Origin: Lama guanicoe
Lineage: Eukaryota
DNA length: 64,000 nt
Direction of reading: 5' to 3'
NCBI GenBank assembly: GCA_013239625.1
Contig: MU053487.1
Coordinates: forward strand, 2,811,058-2,875,057
In this document: positions 35,611-48,484 of the stretch, piece by piece
Layout of the letters: each line of letters starts with the position of its first letter
Position numbering within the stretch: the stretch's first letter is position 1
Program-made: the position numbers and the translations under genes
Notes under the pieces: model-generated
What the model saw: only the letters and a program-made list of their open reading frames with translations
What the model was told of the DNA's origin: nothing
Databases searched by the model: none

Positions 35611-38435
35611 GTTTAGAAGTTTTTCCTGATTTGGGAAATTACACACATGCAGAATCAGGGAGATCAGATACATATCGGAGAAGCAAATGTTTTGCTGTGC
35701 TTATTGGAGTAGACGAATGATTTTGATTATAATATCCAGGACTCTGACTTCATTATAAGACTGGTGTCATGTTACATTTTCCTTTTTCTTTTTTTTAAAT
35801 GTGGGACCAAACTTAGAAGCCTGACCAAACAGTGGAGGAAGTGTTTCCCTGACTCTGTAGCTCCCAGTACCTACAGTAATAAACTGGTTCAGAAGTAAAC
35901 CTTCATTCCTTGTCTGGGGTTTGTTGAAGACACAGGTGACTGTCCGAGCTTCGATGAGCTCAAGAAAACCAACACTTCAGGCCCAAAGCAGAGAAACTGG
36001 GCCTTGTGGTGAACTGGCAGCCGCTTCGTGGACAAATGGGCACATTTGTGGCTAAATCTGGTGGGTATGTTCCTGTCTCAACCTCCGAGGACCCGGGTGG
36101 GGAGAGTTCATTTCCCCGGGCCCCTGTGGCAGCTCACCTCACAGGAAGAAGGTTCCAAATGCCGGGACGCTTGTCATTTCAATACGCTTTATTGTCTGTG
36201 ACCACTTATATCCCCCATTTGGTTCTTGCACTAGAAGCAGGGAAGAATTATGGCCACAACAGTGTTATTTGTGGAGGGACCACGGTGGCTGTCTGGAGTC
36301 ATGTGGCCTCCAGCTTCCATGAGACGCAGAGCCCCTTCTAGCATCTTGAGTGTGTGGCCGCCGGGTTTACCAGGCGGCATATGTGTGGCCTGGGGGGCTC
36401 CACCCTGCTGCCCATCGAGTCACACATCCTGCACACCAGCCCCGTCGTGACATCAGACCTCTAGGCAGCCTGCAGATATGGGGAATTCCTCTGCCCCCCG
36501 AAGTATTCTTCATCTTTAATCCAGTTGTTACAGGGAGTGAACCTGATTTGTTCCAGATGTCCTCAGATTTAGTGATTCCGGAAACTACTCCTAAAGTCGA
36601 GGCTGATGAGGATTTGAATTCCTCCCTTCGCTGGGAACCAGCGGTTCTTTTCAGTCAGACAGATGGGGCGGGAGGACGGAGCCGAGGCTGCCTGCAGGGC
36701 CCAGGAGGGCCCCCTGGCTTCTCACGTTAGCCTTGTTGGAAAGAGGGTGGCCTTTGAAGCAAATAGACTCTGTCCCTAAATAGGTTATTACCTGAGCCAG
36801 AGCTGGGTCCTCGCTGATGCTAGCTAGCAAAGTCAGTGAGGACGTAGGCATGTTGGTGTTTTCTTTTTAAAGTAACACATATTTACATGAATTATCTGAA
36901 TGTTGCTGGGGAAACCACTATTTGAGCTCGGATCACCTTAGTAAATACATGCTTTTCTCTTACCTTAGGAGCATAAAACTGGCCCAGGTAAGGGGGCTAC
37001 ACATGAGGGAGATAGAGGTATTTCTGGCTTCATATAAGTGGTTTTCAAAGCAGAAGTTCAGTCCCAGGAATCATTTCGCTGACCCGCTATAAACTTTAGT
37101 TGACAGGCCTTGCAGAGGGGCCCTGTGATCTCTGTCTGGAATTAATAGCCATGTGGGTCTGTTTTGCGTGATTAGAAGGGGTTTATAAAGCCTGGCAAGA
37201 TCTGAAGCACATCTCAAACTATATGGGATAGTAGCCCATTGTCGGAGAACGTTGAATACTGCATGCATACACATAGCATGCTCTGTTTAACAATAGTACT
37301 GGCTTATGCAGTTTTTTACAGTATAAACAATATGAATATTAAAGCTATTTAAAGTTACGGATTTAAAACAAAAACAGAAATTAATGAATGTAGATTGTTG
37401 CTGTTTAGATGTCTTTTAAAGTGTATTTGAAAGTAGACAAACGCCCAGATAGATGCTGGCGGGCGTCTGGGATGGGCCGTGCAAGTGCCGTTGACCCAGG
37501 GATTCCGCTGATGCCCAGCCGGACCACTGGGCTGTGTTTCCAGGGAAACCAGAGTCAGAAGGAGAAGCTGAGTGGTGACAGAGGTATGTGGGTTGGGCAC
37601 ACCTGAAAAACAGGTGGGTCCCAATGTGGCACTGAGTTTTGAACAAAGCGAAACGTGTTGCTGGATGTGAAGTGAGAGGCTTCTGAGCAGGTCAGCGTGG
37701 ACCACCAAATGGATCAGAGCATGTGGTTCTGGGATGAGGCTGTAAACCACGGGACATTGCCTGAGGCTGGGGTTTCTGTGGGGCCAGCTGCAGGATAACC
37801 ACTGGGCAAGACCAGTAGTTGGGCAGAAATAACAGTTCCCATCATTCTAGAGTATATTAAAATATAAGACAAGATTAGGTTTGATTTCTTAAATATATTC
37901 AAATTTATACCTTTTAGGTACTGTATCTTTTTTAAAATTTTTCTTGGTGTTTTTTTTTTTTAACAACAACAACAAAAAAAACAATTTTTACCAAAAAAAA
38001 AAGTGATAGCTTTTTGGGTGTTCTTGGCTAATAAAATAAATCCTTAAGTGTTTGCCACAATAGCTAGAACCTTCAAAATCAGGAAAGTTTAGTAATTTTT
38101 CACAGCAGTGAAAATTGATAATTTGGATTCTGTATACTTTGATGTTTCAGTGAGATCTACAGGAATCCAAAATAATAGGCGATAAAACTAACTAAGTAAC
38201 TGACAAAGTAAACTAACTAAAATGAGCCAGCAAGGCAGAAACAATTCCCATCCCTGTCGGAAAGAGGCGTTTTGGAGCTTATACTGGAACGTTTCATATA
38301 CTGGACTGATTCCTTAATAGTCCCTTTCTGGAACTCAAGGTTTCCTTGTCTAGGGTTCCATCACATGAGAAGTGGGGGCAGGATAAGTTCCCCAACGTAT
38401 TACAAGCTGAGAGTAAGGCACTAAGAACCCAAAAA

Positions 38436-38876
38436 CGTAGTGCATCCATCTGTTCCTTGCCTTTCTTTGCTCTGCTTACGGGGGCCTGACTCTGGAAAAC
38501 TACATTCCCCAGGCTCCTTTGCCAACAGACTTCCTGTTAAGTTTGGCCAGTGAGAGCACTGGTGAGAAGTTGGAAGGAGGGAGGAGAAGTCAAGGTGTTT
38601 CTCCCCAACCCCAGCCACTTCAAACAGCATCTCTGGCAATGGCTGCTTCCCATCCGTGGCTTCACCCCCTTCTTGGCAGTCCCAGCTCCGATCACAAGCT
38701 CCTCCCTCAGTCCCTCCAGCTCTACGGTGGATTGTTGCTTCCAATTTCTGGTTTTCCTCGTCTGCCCTTGTTTGGTCTTTTAGCGCTTCTAGGTTTACCT
38801 AGTTCCCCATTTCTGTCCCTTCTAGTCAACCACCTGGCACGGACTCTGTTTTCCTAGCTGGACTCTGACTGATACA
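38436..38876 (+). mobile_element. LTR33-like ERVL solo LTR
   Basis: actacattccccaggctcctttgccaacagacttcctgttaagtttggccagtgagagcactgg...ctgttttcctagctggactctgactgataca. Confidence 0.7.
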
Positions 38877-39055
38877 GTGGGTTTGAATCCTGGCTCTGCC
38901 ACTAGGTAAACAGGTACCTAAACTTGCTACCTAGTAAGTTCATAAGCCAATTACCTTAGTTAGTATTCAATGTCCTTGTCTGCAATATAGGGAGGAGGTT
39001 GGTCTGTAATCAGCTCTAAAGTCCTTTTCAGCTGTAAAAGCCCATGAGTCTCTAA
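38877..39055 (+). mobile_element. MIR (MIR3/MIRc-like)
   Basis: gggtttgaatcctggctctgccact...tctaaagtccttttcagctgtaaaa. Confidence 0.65.
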
Positions 39056-40286
39056 ACTGTGATCTTATAAAAATGAGTGTATTACCCCACCTGTATCATG
39101 GTGACAGTTTAATCATTTACACCTCAGGACATGGCTTGGTCTTCATAATACTCTGCAGGTACAGAATTTGTTGAGGACATTCCCCATCTCTAAAGGCTGA
39201 TGTTGGTAGCTTTATTCTTTGGAGACATAGAAATGTTGGGGTTTTGAGAGTGGGGATTTACCTCGTTTGGTATAGATCACTAATCTGCTATAAAGAGGAG
39301 TTGCCTGTGTCACAGGGGAGAGGTCTGCCATCCAGCTCTTTGAATGCAAAGGCTTCTGTGACAATCCTGGGGGCTTTGGAACAACTCTCAGGTGCAGCAG
39401 TAGGCTTGACTGTGAGAACTCTCAGCCTGCAGAGGTGAACAGAGGCTGAAGAGTAAACACCCTAATGACATTCTAGGACAGAGTGCTGTGAGCGCTGTCG
39501 TGACTTGTAGATCTCAGCAGCTGCCTTCCTGGGTTGGGAAGCCGGGGGCAGTCCCTTACAGAGTGTACGCCCTGCAAAGATGGTCTCAGAAATTTGTGCT
39601 TGCTGCCATCTGTATGTTCTCAAATTGGTCCCTAGTCACTCTCCCCGAAGCGAATTGTACCAGGGAAGCTCAGAAATACATAGCCCTAAGAATTAGCAAG
39701 GGTAGTATCCTGTGTCTTTCTTAAAGGGCACTGATTTTAGGGCAAGAACAGTATTAAAAAGAGTTGACAACCTGTAGAGCAGTTGTACCTCCCTTTAAGA
39801 GGAGTTGTCAGACATAGACAACCAGAAGAGCACCCCCCTTGCAACCCACTGGCGGTCAGCCCTGGGACAGCTCAAGACATTCTCTCTGGACTAGATCTGC
39901 GGGGCTTCCTTCCTTTCCCCACCACATCGCAGGGAACCTGTGAGGTTCACCTGCACAGTGTACCATTTCGGGCATCAGATTTTGGTAAAACTCCAAGTTA
40001 CTTTCAGGGGAGGAAAATACACACGTGGGACAACTTTTCTTTTTTCTTTTTGGCATTTCACAATATTCATTGCAGCATTTTATAAGCAAGTGAGTTTTAG
40101 GAGCCAAATATTATCAATTTTATTTCTTTAAATACTCAGTTTTATTTTCACCCAAATCTACTTGATTTTCCCTAAACCTCTCCTTCTCAAGGAAAATGAG
40201 TAAATATACACGATTGAAGATTAATCACGAATCAGCCATATTACTTGTTACAGGTAAAATACATAGAATTTGCTGAGAGTCTAGAA

Positions 40287-40575
40287 CAGTTCTGACCAAT
40301 AGAAATATAATACAAGCCACATACGCAATTTTGAATTTTCTGGTAGCCACATCGAAAAATTTAAGTGAAAGTGGTGTAACAAATTTAATATATCAAACAC
40401 CATTTAAACATACAGTTAATACTAAAACAATGATTGAGATTTTTGCATCTTTTTTTTTTATTATTGCAGTAAGTCTTAGAAATCTGGTGTGTATTTTACA
40501 CTTCATTCAGACCTGCCACATTTCAAGTGCTCAAAAGCCACATGTGACCCGTGGCTGTCATAGGTGATAGCACAG
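40287..40575. mobile_element. MER33-like hAT-Charlie MITE with perfect 8-bp TSD
   Basis: cagttctgaccaatagaaatataatacaagccaca...gccacatttcaagtgctcaaaagccacatgtg...gatagcacag. GTCTAGAA at both 40279-40286 and 40576-40583. Confidence 0.9.
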
Positions 40576-41110
40576 GTCTAGAACATGCACTTCAGAGTTG
40601 TCTCACTGTACATGAGGGAGCGGGGGTAATTGTACACCAGTTCTCATCAGTCCTTGGTTGAGGGCTCTGACAAGGAATGTCAGGGGCTTATTTCTCAGGC
40701 ACTTTGCTGATCTGCAGGAAAAGGTTTTCCAGTGGAAGATGGGGATGCTGGCAGATGGAATTGCAGCCTCGGAGGCCGTGGTCATAAGACCCCCAGGAGA
40801 CGAGAGCAGGACCACTCAGAGCCTACTGTGTCTTACAATACCTTCACTTTGGTGCCTTATTATTTATTAACAAATTACTGGCAACACGCCTGGCATTGGT
40901 GACTCCAGGTAACAGTTAAGTTTACTGGCCTCCAAAATCAACCCTAAACTCTGACATTCAAGGTCCTTGGGAATCTGGACACATTCTACTTACTCTACTG
41001 GCCTCCCACTCATCTTACCGCTAAGGATGCCTTTTTCTGGCCTCTTTCCATGTTACGTCTGAGTCACTTCCATCCCTTTATCCATTGTTTTTTTTTTTCC
41101 CTGCTTGCAG

Positions 41111-41242
41111 NNNNNNNNNNNNNNNNNNNNNNNNNNNNNNNNNNNNNNNNNNNNNNNNNNNNNNNNNNNNNNNNNNNNNNNNNNNNNNNNNNNNNNNNNN
41201 NNNNNNNNNNNNNNNNNNNNNNNNNNNNNNNNNNNNNNNNNN
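41111..41242. other. Assembly gap (132 N)
   Basis: Run of N, preceded by a T-run and followed by a C-run. Confidence 0.98.
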
Positions 41243-41829
41243 CCCCCCCCCCCCGCCCCGTATGCTCCTCCTTCTTTAAGATGTGGCTCATTTTCTACAT
41301 CTCTCAGAGAACTTCTTATGATGACTTCAGTCTACAGTGATTTCTTTCCCCTGGATTCCTCTTACATCTTATTCTGCACCTGTTCCTTCGGTATGACTTG
41401 TCTGACCAGCGTCATGGTGTATCTCCTTCACATGATAGTTTATTTGGTACTTTGTGCTCAGACCCTCATAGGAAGACATCAGATGAGCTGCTGTGGTTTG
41501 ATGTGGTTTCTTTTCATGTTGGTAATTTTAAGCACCAATTGTTGAAAAGCTCTGATAATTGTCAGTAAAGTGCCAAGGAGACTACCCAGCAGAGCTGCTG
41601 GAGGCACCTGGAACCATCCTGAATGCCTCCACCAGTTTCAAGGAAAATTGTTAACAGGAAAAATAAGCACTCCCAGTACCTTTTGTAAAGAGATGACATC
41701 TCCCCATGTTCTAAAAAGGCTAAGAACACAGCCACAATTTCATTTCTTATCTTATTACACACAAATAAGTTGTATGTCCATTTTATACTGTTTAGTTGGG
41801 TTTTTATGGGCTCTGGGAACAGTGGGAAC

Positions 41830-41990
41830 AGGGAGAAGACCACTGGACCAGGAATTAGGAGGGCCGCCTGGCTGCCTGGCTCTGCCACCGTCTGCTGCGT
41901 GACCGCGGGGAAGTGGTTAAATCTGGCCTATAACTGCAAAGTGGTGACTCAGATGAGCCCCCATCCAGCTGTCAAATTCCATTTCTGATT
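41830..41990 (+). mobile_element. MIR fragment
   Basis: ccactggaccaggaattaggag...cctggctctgccaccgtctgctgcgtgaccgcggggaagtggttaaatct. Confidence 0.6.
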
Positions 41991-44215
41991 TTACGATGTC
42001 TGCCCTTTCTAAGACGAGACAGCATCGTTTATGATTTTAAATTGCTGCGGCTGCAGTTAATGTCATGGCTCTTATGGTACATTGTTGAGGATATCTGTGA
42101 TTTGTTGGAGGCTGAATCCTTATTCAGGAATGCTGCCGCCAATTTTGACATCTCTCCAGTGGGAGAATGTGATCTGCTTCACAATGTCTTTTTTAATGTG
42201 AATTCCATGAATGAAAAAACCAGGGTGTGTGTGCGTGTGTACAATCAATCCGAGCAACGTTTTTGTTCGTGAGGCTATCATTCCATCAGCTGTAGGATTC
42301 ATGGTTCACTTCCTTGATAATACCTTGCCTAAGATCCCCCATGGCCCTTCCCTCCCCGCACTGTCCCTGCAGATTCCCTTCTTTGTGCTCCCTTAGCGTA
42401 GGGGATCTCAGAAGGATTCCTTTATCCCTGAGGGTCAGCATTTAGCACATACTGACGTCCACTTAATGTCTTACATGTTTGTTTCCTCCACTAGACTGTG
42501 AATAACTTGAGGGCTGAGACCTGTGTCCCTGGTACCCAGGTTGAGAAGGTAGCTTTACAAAGTGTTGGACGGATAAATGATGAAGGAAGAAGGGAGAGGG
42601 GGGATGATGGAAGAATGGAAGGAGGAATGAGTGGGTTTGGCTGCCCTGTATTATTATCCTAGTTGTCATCATCAAACATAGTTGTGGATTTTTTTTTATT
42701 TTCCTTTTATGCTGATTCTTGGGGCTTGTATAGATGGACAGAAAACCTCAAGTTTTGTAAGGAAAAGATTGATTCAAAATAAACATTTTTTTAATTATGT
42801 CAAATACTAAAGAAGAAGTCAAGTTTATAAATAGTTTATAAGAGAATCATTTGGGATTAAGAATTTCCCTTTCCCCCACAAAATAAATAGCTCGCATGCT
42901 GAAGAAGACACCTTCCTGTAAGCAGGAGAGGAAAAGCCCACCGGAAGTAAAAGTCCTGCCCGTGGCGTAGTCGTAACGTTTATAATGAGGGAAATAGCAA
43001 GATGAAGACATCCAAAAGGATATGAGGAAAATCACATGGTAGCAAATGTGTCCACAAATAACAAGGTCAGTCATAGTAACAGGGTAACAGGGAGTTTTGT
43101 AAACTCAAATACAGTTGACTGGAATACACTTAATGAACTGCCTGTGCCTCCTTTATTCAGGCAAAATCTAAACTAGCAGCAAAAGAAAAATAAAAGTATT
43201 ACATTTTATGAAAGACAGATTATAACCATGCGTTATGTAAATAAAGCCAGGGTTTATATCTTTAAGACTAAAGGAAGGTCTACAATGATCTAGTAGAAAA
43301 TTATTAAACAGCATTCAGCTTCTTTGTTTTCTTTCCTTAACGTCGTCACAAAAAATAAAAAGACCTACATAAAACTGTCTTCCATGATGGTAGAGAGGGA
43401 AGAGTTTGCTTTAGTGGCCTTTAGTGGTTCAGCATATGATTTGATACGGAAATATAATGCGTTTACTCAGGAGGGAACTTTGAATGGTATGCGCTCTTCA
43501 CGTCCGGTAACGCGTGAGGTCGGAGCGCAGGTTCTGCTGTGATGTGGAGGTGCCACGCAGCTACCGACATGCCAGCAGCAGCATCTGACATTTGGAGGGC
43601 TGAATGAATGGGTGCTGAACTTAAGTATAAATGCAGCATGTTCACTAACAGCTGCTGTGAGATGTCTCAGGACAGTCACATTTGTTTTGTCATTTTTGAT
43701 AGTAAATGAGCAAGACGTTTCCAGCAGGCTGTGTGTGCGCTGTAAGTTAAGCTTCATAGAAACTGTGTGGTTGGTATCTTAGGTTGATGACAAATAATGC
43801 TTTTCGTATAAAAGTGCACCAGGGTGACTGGTGGACATGGAAATACGATCCACTTAAAAGACTGCACCAGCAAATTAGAATCAATGGGGAAATTTCTCAG
43901 GGAAGGAAATGCCTTGAAAATTAGAAAAAATTGTTCTTCAGTGGATCAGTGAGCACCTGTGGAATGCTTGGCACAAAAATCCTGGGTCTGAGAAGCTGGT
44001 TTTTGTGGACTCTTGTTCTTTTCAGATGTCACTAAAAGGCATTTCTTGCCAAAGCCCTTCCCGACTGAGGTGGAGTTTATGTAGCTCACACAGCCTTCAT
44101 GCCAGGGGAAGTTGGGCACCAGCTCCAGCTCAGCCCCTCCACAGCCGCTGGGTGACCTCGGCCTGTAAATGTGAAGGCTGAACTGATGCTCTGTACTGGG
44201 GATGTCGTGCACGCC

Positions 44216-44520
44216 ATTCATTCATTCAGTGAGGGTTTGTTGAACACCAAGTGCCAGGCACTCTTCTATCCCTGGGGATTCAGTGATGGGCAAAACCAGA
44301 CAGGGGTCCCTGCCTCTGGTGCTTAGATCCTCGTAGGGGGAGAAACTTCCTTAATCAAATAGCCGCACAAATAAATGTGTCATCATGGCCTTGGGAAACG
44401 CCAGGAAGGGACTGATGGAGCCCTGGGACTGGAAAAGCTCATAATAAGGAGATTGATTGATTTCACCCAGAAGGGAGACCAGAAGGGGCCTCCTGGGGGT
44501 GTGACAGGCAAGGGGCTGGA
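44216..44520 (-). mobile_element. L2 3' end
   Basis: cattcattcattcagtgagggtttgttgaacaccaagtgccaggcactcttcta...ggggattcagtgatgggcaaaaccagacaggggtccctgcc. Confidence 0.8.
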
Positions 44521-45616
44521 GGACACAGACTGCAGTGGAGAGGGATGTCTGTGAAGGCACAGGAGACACTGAGTTCTCTGCCCAGCACAGCAACTTGACC
44601 GCCTTACCTCTCTGCATCTCGATTTTTATCTCTAAAAATGGGACCGACATCAAGAACCTTTCATGCGCTTGTAGGTTTCAGGAGAACATGTTTGAAAGTA
44701 CCAGCACCAGGAAAAATACATTTCATTTCATTTCTAAAAATAGCTTTGGAAGCAGAGATGTTCTGTTTTGTACATAAATTTTAGAAGTGGAGAAAGAGTG
44801 AAAACAGCATCGAGGCTTCGTTAAAACGTCTGAGTTCGCTTTGGGCCCTGGAAGGTGCATGGCTTTCCTTAATCATCAAAGAGCCATGTTTACATCTCCT
44901 GACCCTGAAGCCCTGGGAATGACCTTGCTGTGTGATTAAGTGACAGAGGCCTGAGCTTTAGGGGCTGGTGGAAGGTTAGACATTCCTGGCCTGATCTCTG
45001 GCCATTTAATTCACAAGGAAAGGAGGCTTAGCACGTGAACAACAAAACTGGAACGAGTAGGCATCCCTCCGCGCCCTGGTCCTATGCTTCTCTCTCTTGT
45101 CTCTCTGCTTAATAATCCATCTGGAAACTGTGGATACTCTCTGAGGTGCCTGGGCTACTTGTGGGTGCTTATGCAATTCCTTCTCGAGATGAAGCGAGGT
45201 TAACGCTCTCTCATAACTCCTCAAGGCCTGAGGATTACTCCTTTAATCTTACAAAAGCAAACAGGAGGACAGAAATAACCCATCAATTGTTAAAAATGAA
45301 AATGGCCAAGAATAATAAATAATTGCCACAAGAGCTTGAGGTCAGGGTCTTAATTTATTGGAGGCCATTCAGGAATCTGAAACTTCTCTCCGAGTTAATT
45401 TCTCACATCTTGTTTGGATCCTGAGAGCTCTTGCTTCCAAGAGCAAGGCCATCGGATGGCCCCTCGCACATGTTACTCTTGTTGACGTGCCAGGCACGCA
45501 GGGGAGTGGGGTCCTCTCTTGGCAGATGGGTAATGATGATTCCTCCCCCACGAAAATCTGTATTTCAAAGTATGATAGCCTACCGGGATTTTGGAGAGTT
45601 CTCTTCTCTTTCGTGC

Positions 45617-46060
45617 TGTGTTAGCAGTGTTCATGGTTGCAAGCAACAATAAACATGTGCTTGTTAATGTAAGCAGAAAAGGAATTTATTGGAAAGATAT
45701 GGGCTGGTTCAGGGCATCAGCAGGAAGAGGAGGCAAGGCTCAGCCCTGGATGCCACCCCTGGGTTCTCAACTCCTCTGGGTCTGCCTCAGATGATCTCAG
45801 GGGGCCCTGGTGTCCTTGGGCAGCCGTCAAAATTCATGGCCCCTGTTGGCAGCATCTGCTCCCCACTCTGAGGCCACTTGACCACCTTAGATCACATGAC
45901 TACACGTGTCAGGTGCCCCCACTTCAGTGACAGGGAGGCGGGAAGTGGGCGGGTCTGCCCCCGTTCTGTTAATGTGCCCTTCCTACCTATCTTGAGAATG
46001 TCCCCCCAAACTGGAAGGTGTCAGGATGCTGAGTGATCCCCCAAATGATAACTGTTTATT
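45617..46060 (-). mobile_element. Old MLT1 (K/L/N-like) LTR
   Basis: ggttgcaagcaacaataaac...taagcagaaaaggaatttattggaaagatatggg...cttagatcacatg. Confidence 0.65.
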
Positions 46061-46199
46061 AGTCAAACTCTCATATGCTTGATCACATCTCCCCTTAACT
46101 GTTTGGCCAGTCAGAGATTGGCCACCAGGGTGAATTTATTTTGGCCAAAGCTCACATCACATAATAATCACATAATAATCATTAGTCCCCTGTGCATGT

Positions 46200-46430
46200 T
46201 CATCATCAGCATCTTCCTCACCACCATCATCCTCATCTCCACCAAACCCACCACCATCATCCTCACCACCATCATCCTCACCTCCATCATCCTCATCTCC
46301 ACCAAACCCACCACCATCATCCTCACCACCATCATCCTCACCTCCATCATCCTCATCTCCATCAAACGCACCACCATCATCCTCATCTCCACCAAACTCA
46401 CCATCATCTTCCTCATCTCCATCATCATCC
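46200..46430. repeat. CAT/CAC-rich minisatellite, 60-bp period built from 15-bp subunits
   Basis: 46261-46320 and 46321-46380 match at 58/60. Confidence 0.9.
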
Positions 46431-46439
46431 CATTGGTGG

Positions 46440-48175
46440 CCCCTTCACTCCCCCACTGTCCCAGGTTGCCATTTCCTTCCATTTCCTCCCCTCTCAAACA
46501 TTCCCTCCTCTTCCTCTCCCTTCCCAGTCTTTGATGCTGCTTCTATTCCCCTGCAAAATGGAAGCAATCATAGGGGAACTTTCATCTGTTCCCACTACCC
46601 ATCTACACAATGGATCGCTCCACTTTCTCACTTCATACCAGGTGAGGCCAGTCCCTCCCTTTGTTCACCAGGCCATCCAGCACTTGTGCTCTGTCACGTC
46701 TTCGTTAATCGTCTCCTGTGTAGTAGATCCTTCCCATGATCATGAAACACGCTGTGACGATTCCCACCTGCAAAGAAAAAACAATTCCCTTGGGCCCCTT
46801 CCTCCACCAGCTGTCATCCTATTTCTCTTCTTTCCTTTATAGAAAAATCCCTCCAGATAGTTGGCTGTGCTCACTGTTTCCCTTTTTTCTCCTCCTGCCT
46901 CTCTTAAACCCCAGTCAAGCTTTCTTCCCCATCCCTGCATTAGAGCAATTCCTATCAAGATCACCAGTGACCTCCAGGTGGCTAGTTCAGTGGCCAGTTC
47001 TAATTCTTCACGTTACTTTGCCAGTTTTCACAAAACTGATGACTGCTGTCTTGAAGCAGTGGCTGGTTGGATACCATCTGTCTTGGTTTTCCTCCTGTCT
47101 CCTTAACCGCTCTTTTTCAGTCTCCTTTTTTGATTCCTCCTCATCTTCAACTCCTCTAAGTGTGAGACCCCCTTCTCTATTTACATGCATTCTCTAGTGA
47201 TCATTTCTAGTCCACCCTAAATACGTATCTTCACCTATGACACCTCTTCAACTCCAGACTCTTGCATCCAACTGTCTTTGCATCTTTTCTTAAAAATCCA
47301 GTAGACATTTGGGTTTTCTCTGCTGGACCTTCTATACCTGTGGTCTTTCCCATCTCAATAAGTGACGACTCTTCCCTTCCAGTTACTGAATTTAAAATCC
47401 TTGCAGCCATCCTTGACTCTCTTTCCCTAACACCCCACCCCTCATCCAATCCATGAGCAAAACCTGTTGGCCACAGCCTTTGAAACATATTGAGACTATG
47501 ACCCCTTCTCACTGCCTCACCTTCTACCACGTGGTCTGAGCTACCATCTTCTTACACCTGAATTAGTACAAGAACCTCCCAACCAGGTTCCCTGCTCCCC
47601 CGTCAGCCACTCACTCCAGACTGTTCATGTCACAGCCAGCGTGAGTCAGGTCACACCACTCCCCTGCTCAGAGCCCTGCAGGAGCTCCGGGCTCAGAGTC
47701 AAACTGAGGTCCCCATGATGGCCCGCAGTGCCCGGTGGTCTGCCCGTCCCAGTCCCTCCCCTCTCTCCCAGCAGTTCCTCCCACGCTCCCCTCCCTCACT
47801 CCTCCCCAGCCATGCTGGCCGCCTTGCCGTCCTTGAACACAGCAGGCACAACTTTTGCTTTGCTGGTCTTCAGATACCTATGTATCTTGTTCTCTTTCTT
47901 CCTTCTGGTTTCTACTGAGAGGTCGCCTCACCAGTGAAGCTTCCCTGACCAGCCCATTTAAAATTGCACCCCACTCTCCCCCCGAATCTGCTGCTCTCTG
48001 TCCTTCTCACCCTTTGTAAGATTCCCCCATTGCTCTTGTCACACTCTGACTGGTACATCTGCCTCTTTGTGTATGCGTGTTGGGGCTCCCTGAGGCTATG
48101 GGAAGGCAAGACCTCTGTTCTGTTCACTGCTCTCACTGGCACATGGAGCAGGTGCTCAGAAACATCTGAATGAAT
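46440..48175 (+). mobile_element. Long L2 (L2a-like) fragment including its 3' terminus
   Basis: aagatcaccagtgacctccaggtggctagttcagtggccagttct...ccatccttgactctct...gttctgttcactgct...ggcacatggagcaggtgctcagaaacatctgaatgaat. Start approximate. Confidence 0.8.
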
Positions 48176-48484
48176 TACTGTAGGGCTGAATTCCACGTAT
48201 AGGTCATTGAATGTCTTATAATTTTCCAAGTCTGATGTATGGATTTCACATGGACCACAGAACATTCTAGTGAGTCCTCAGAACCCCCGTGCTTAGAAGA
48301 CGAAGCGGAGGCCCCTGGGAGCTGACTGCTTGCCCCAGGACGCATGGCCGGTTTGTGAGGTTCCTGGTACTTGTAGTTCCAACCCCTGTTGAGTTTCTGC
48401 CCCTGCTTTTAGCTCCCCACTGACACCTCATGTTGTATTAGTGAAAGCTTTAGGCCATTCATTGCTGTTCATTTTCCATTGCAG

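Larger units (their letters stand above)
25103..48484 (+). other. ITGA9: ITGA9 intron (23,382 nt including an N-gap, GT-AG)
   Basis: Lies between two exons that share a split Ser codon (AG|C); canonical ends. Confidence 0.9.

Noticed and set aside
35092..35618. TSD for the Charlie4a-like element
   Set aside because: Flanks ccgtagga and gtttagaa match at only 4/8; not claimed.
46192..46842. 216-aa His-rich ORF (and overlapping 151-aa and 109-aa ORFs)
   Set aside because: Translation of a CAT/CAC minisatellite running into an L2 fossil; no splice or promoter support.
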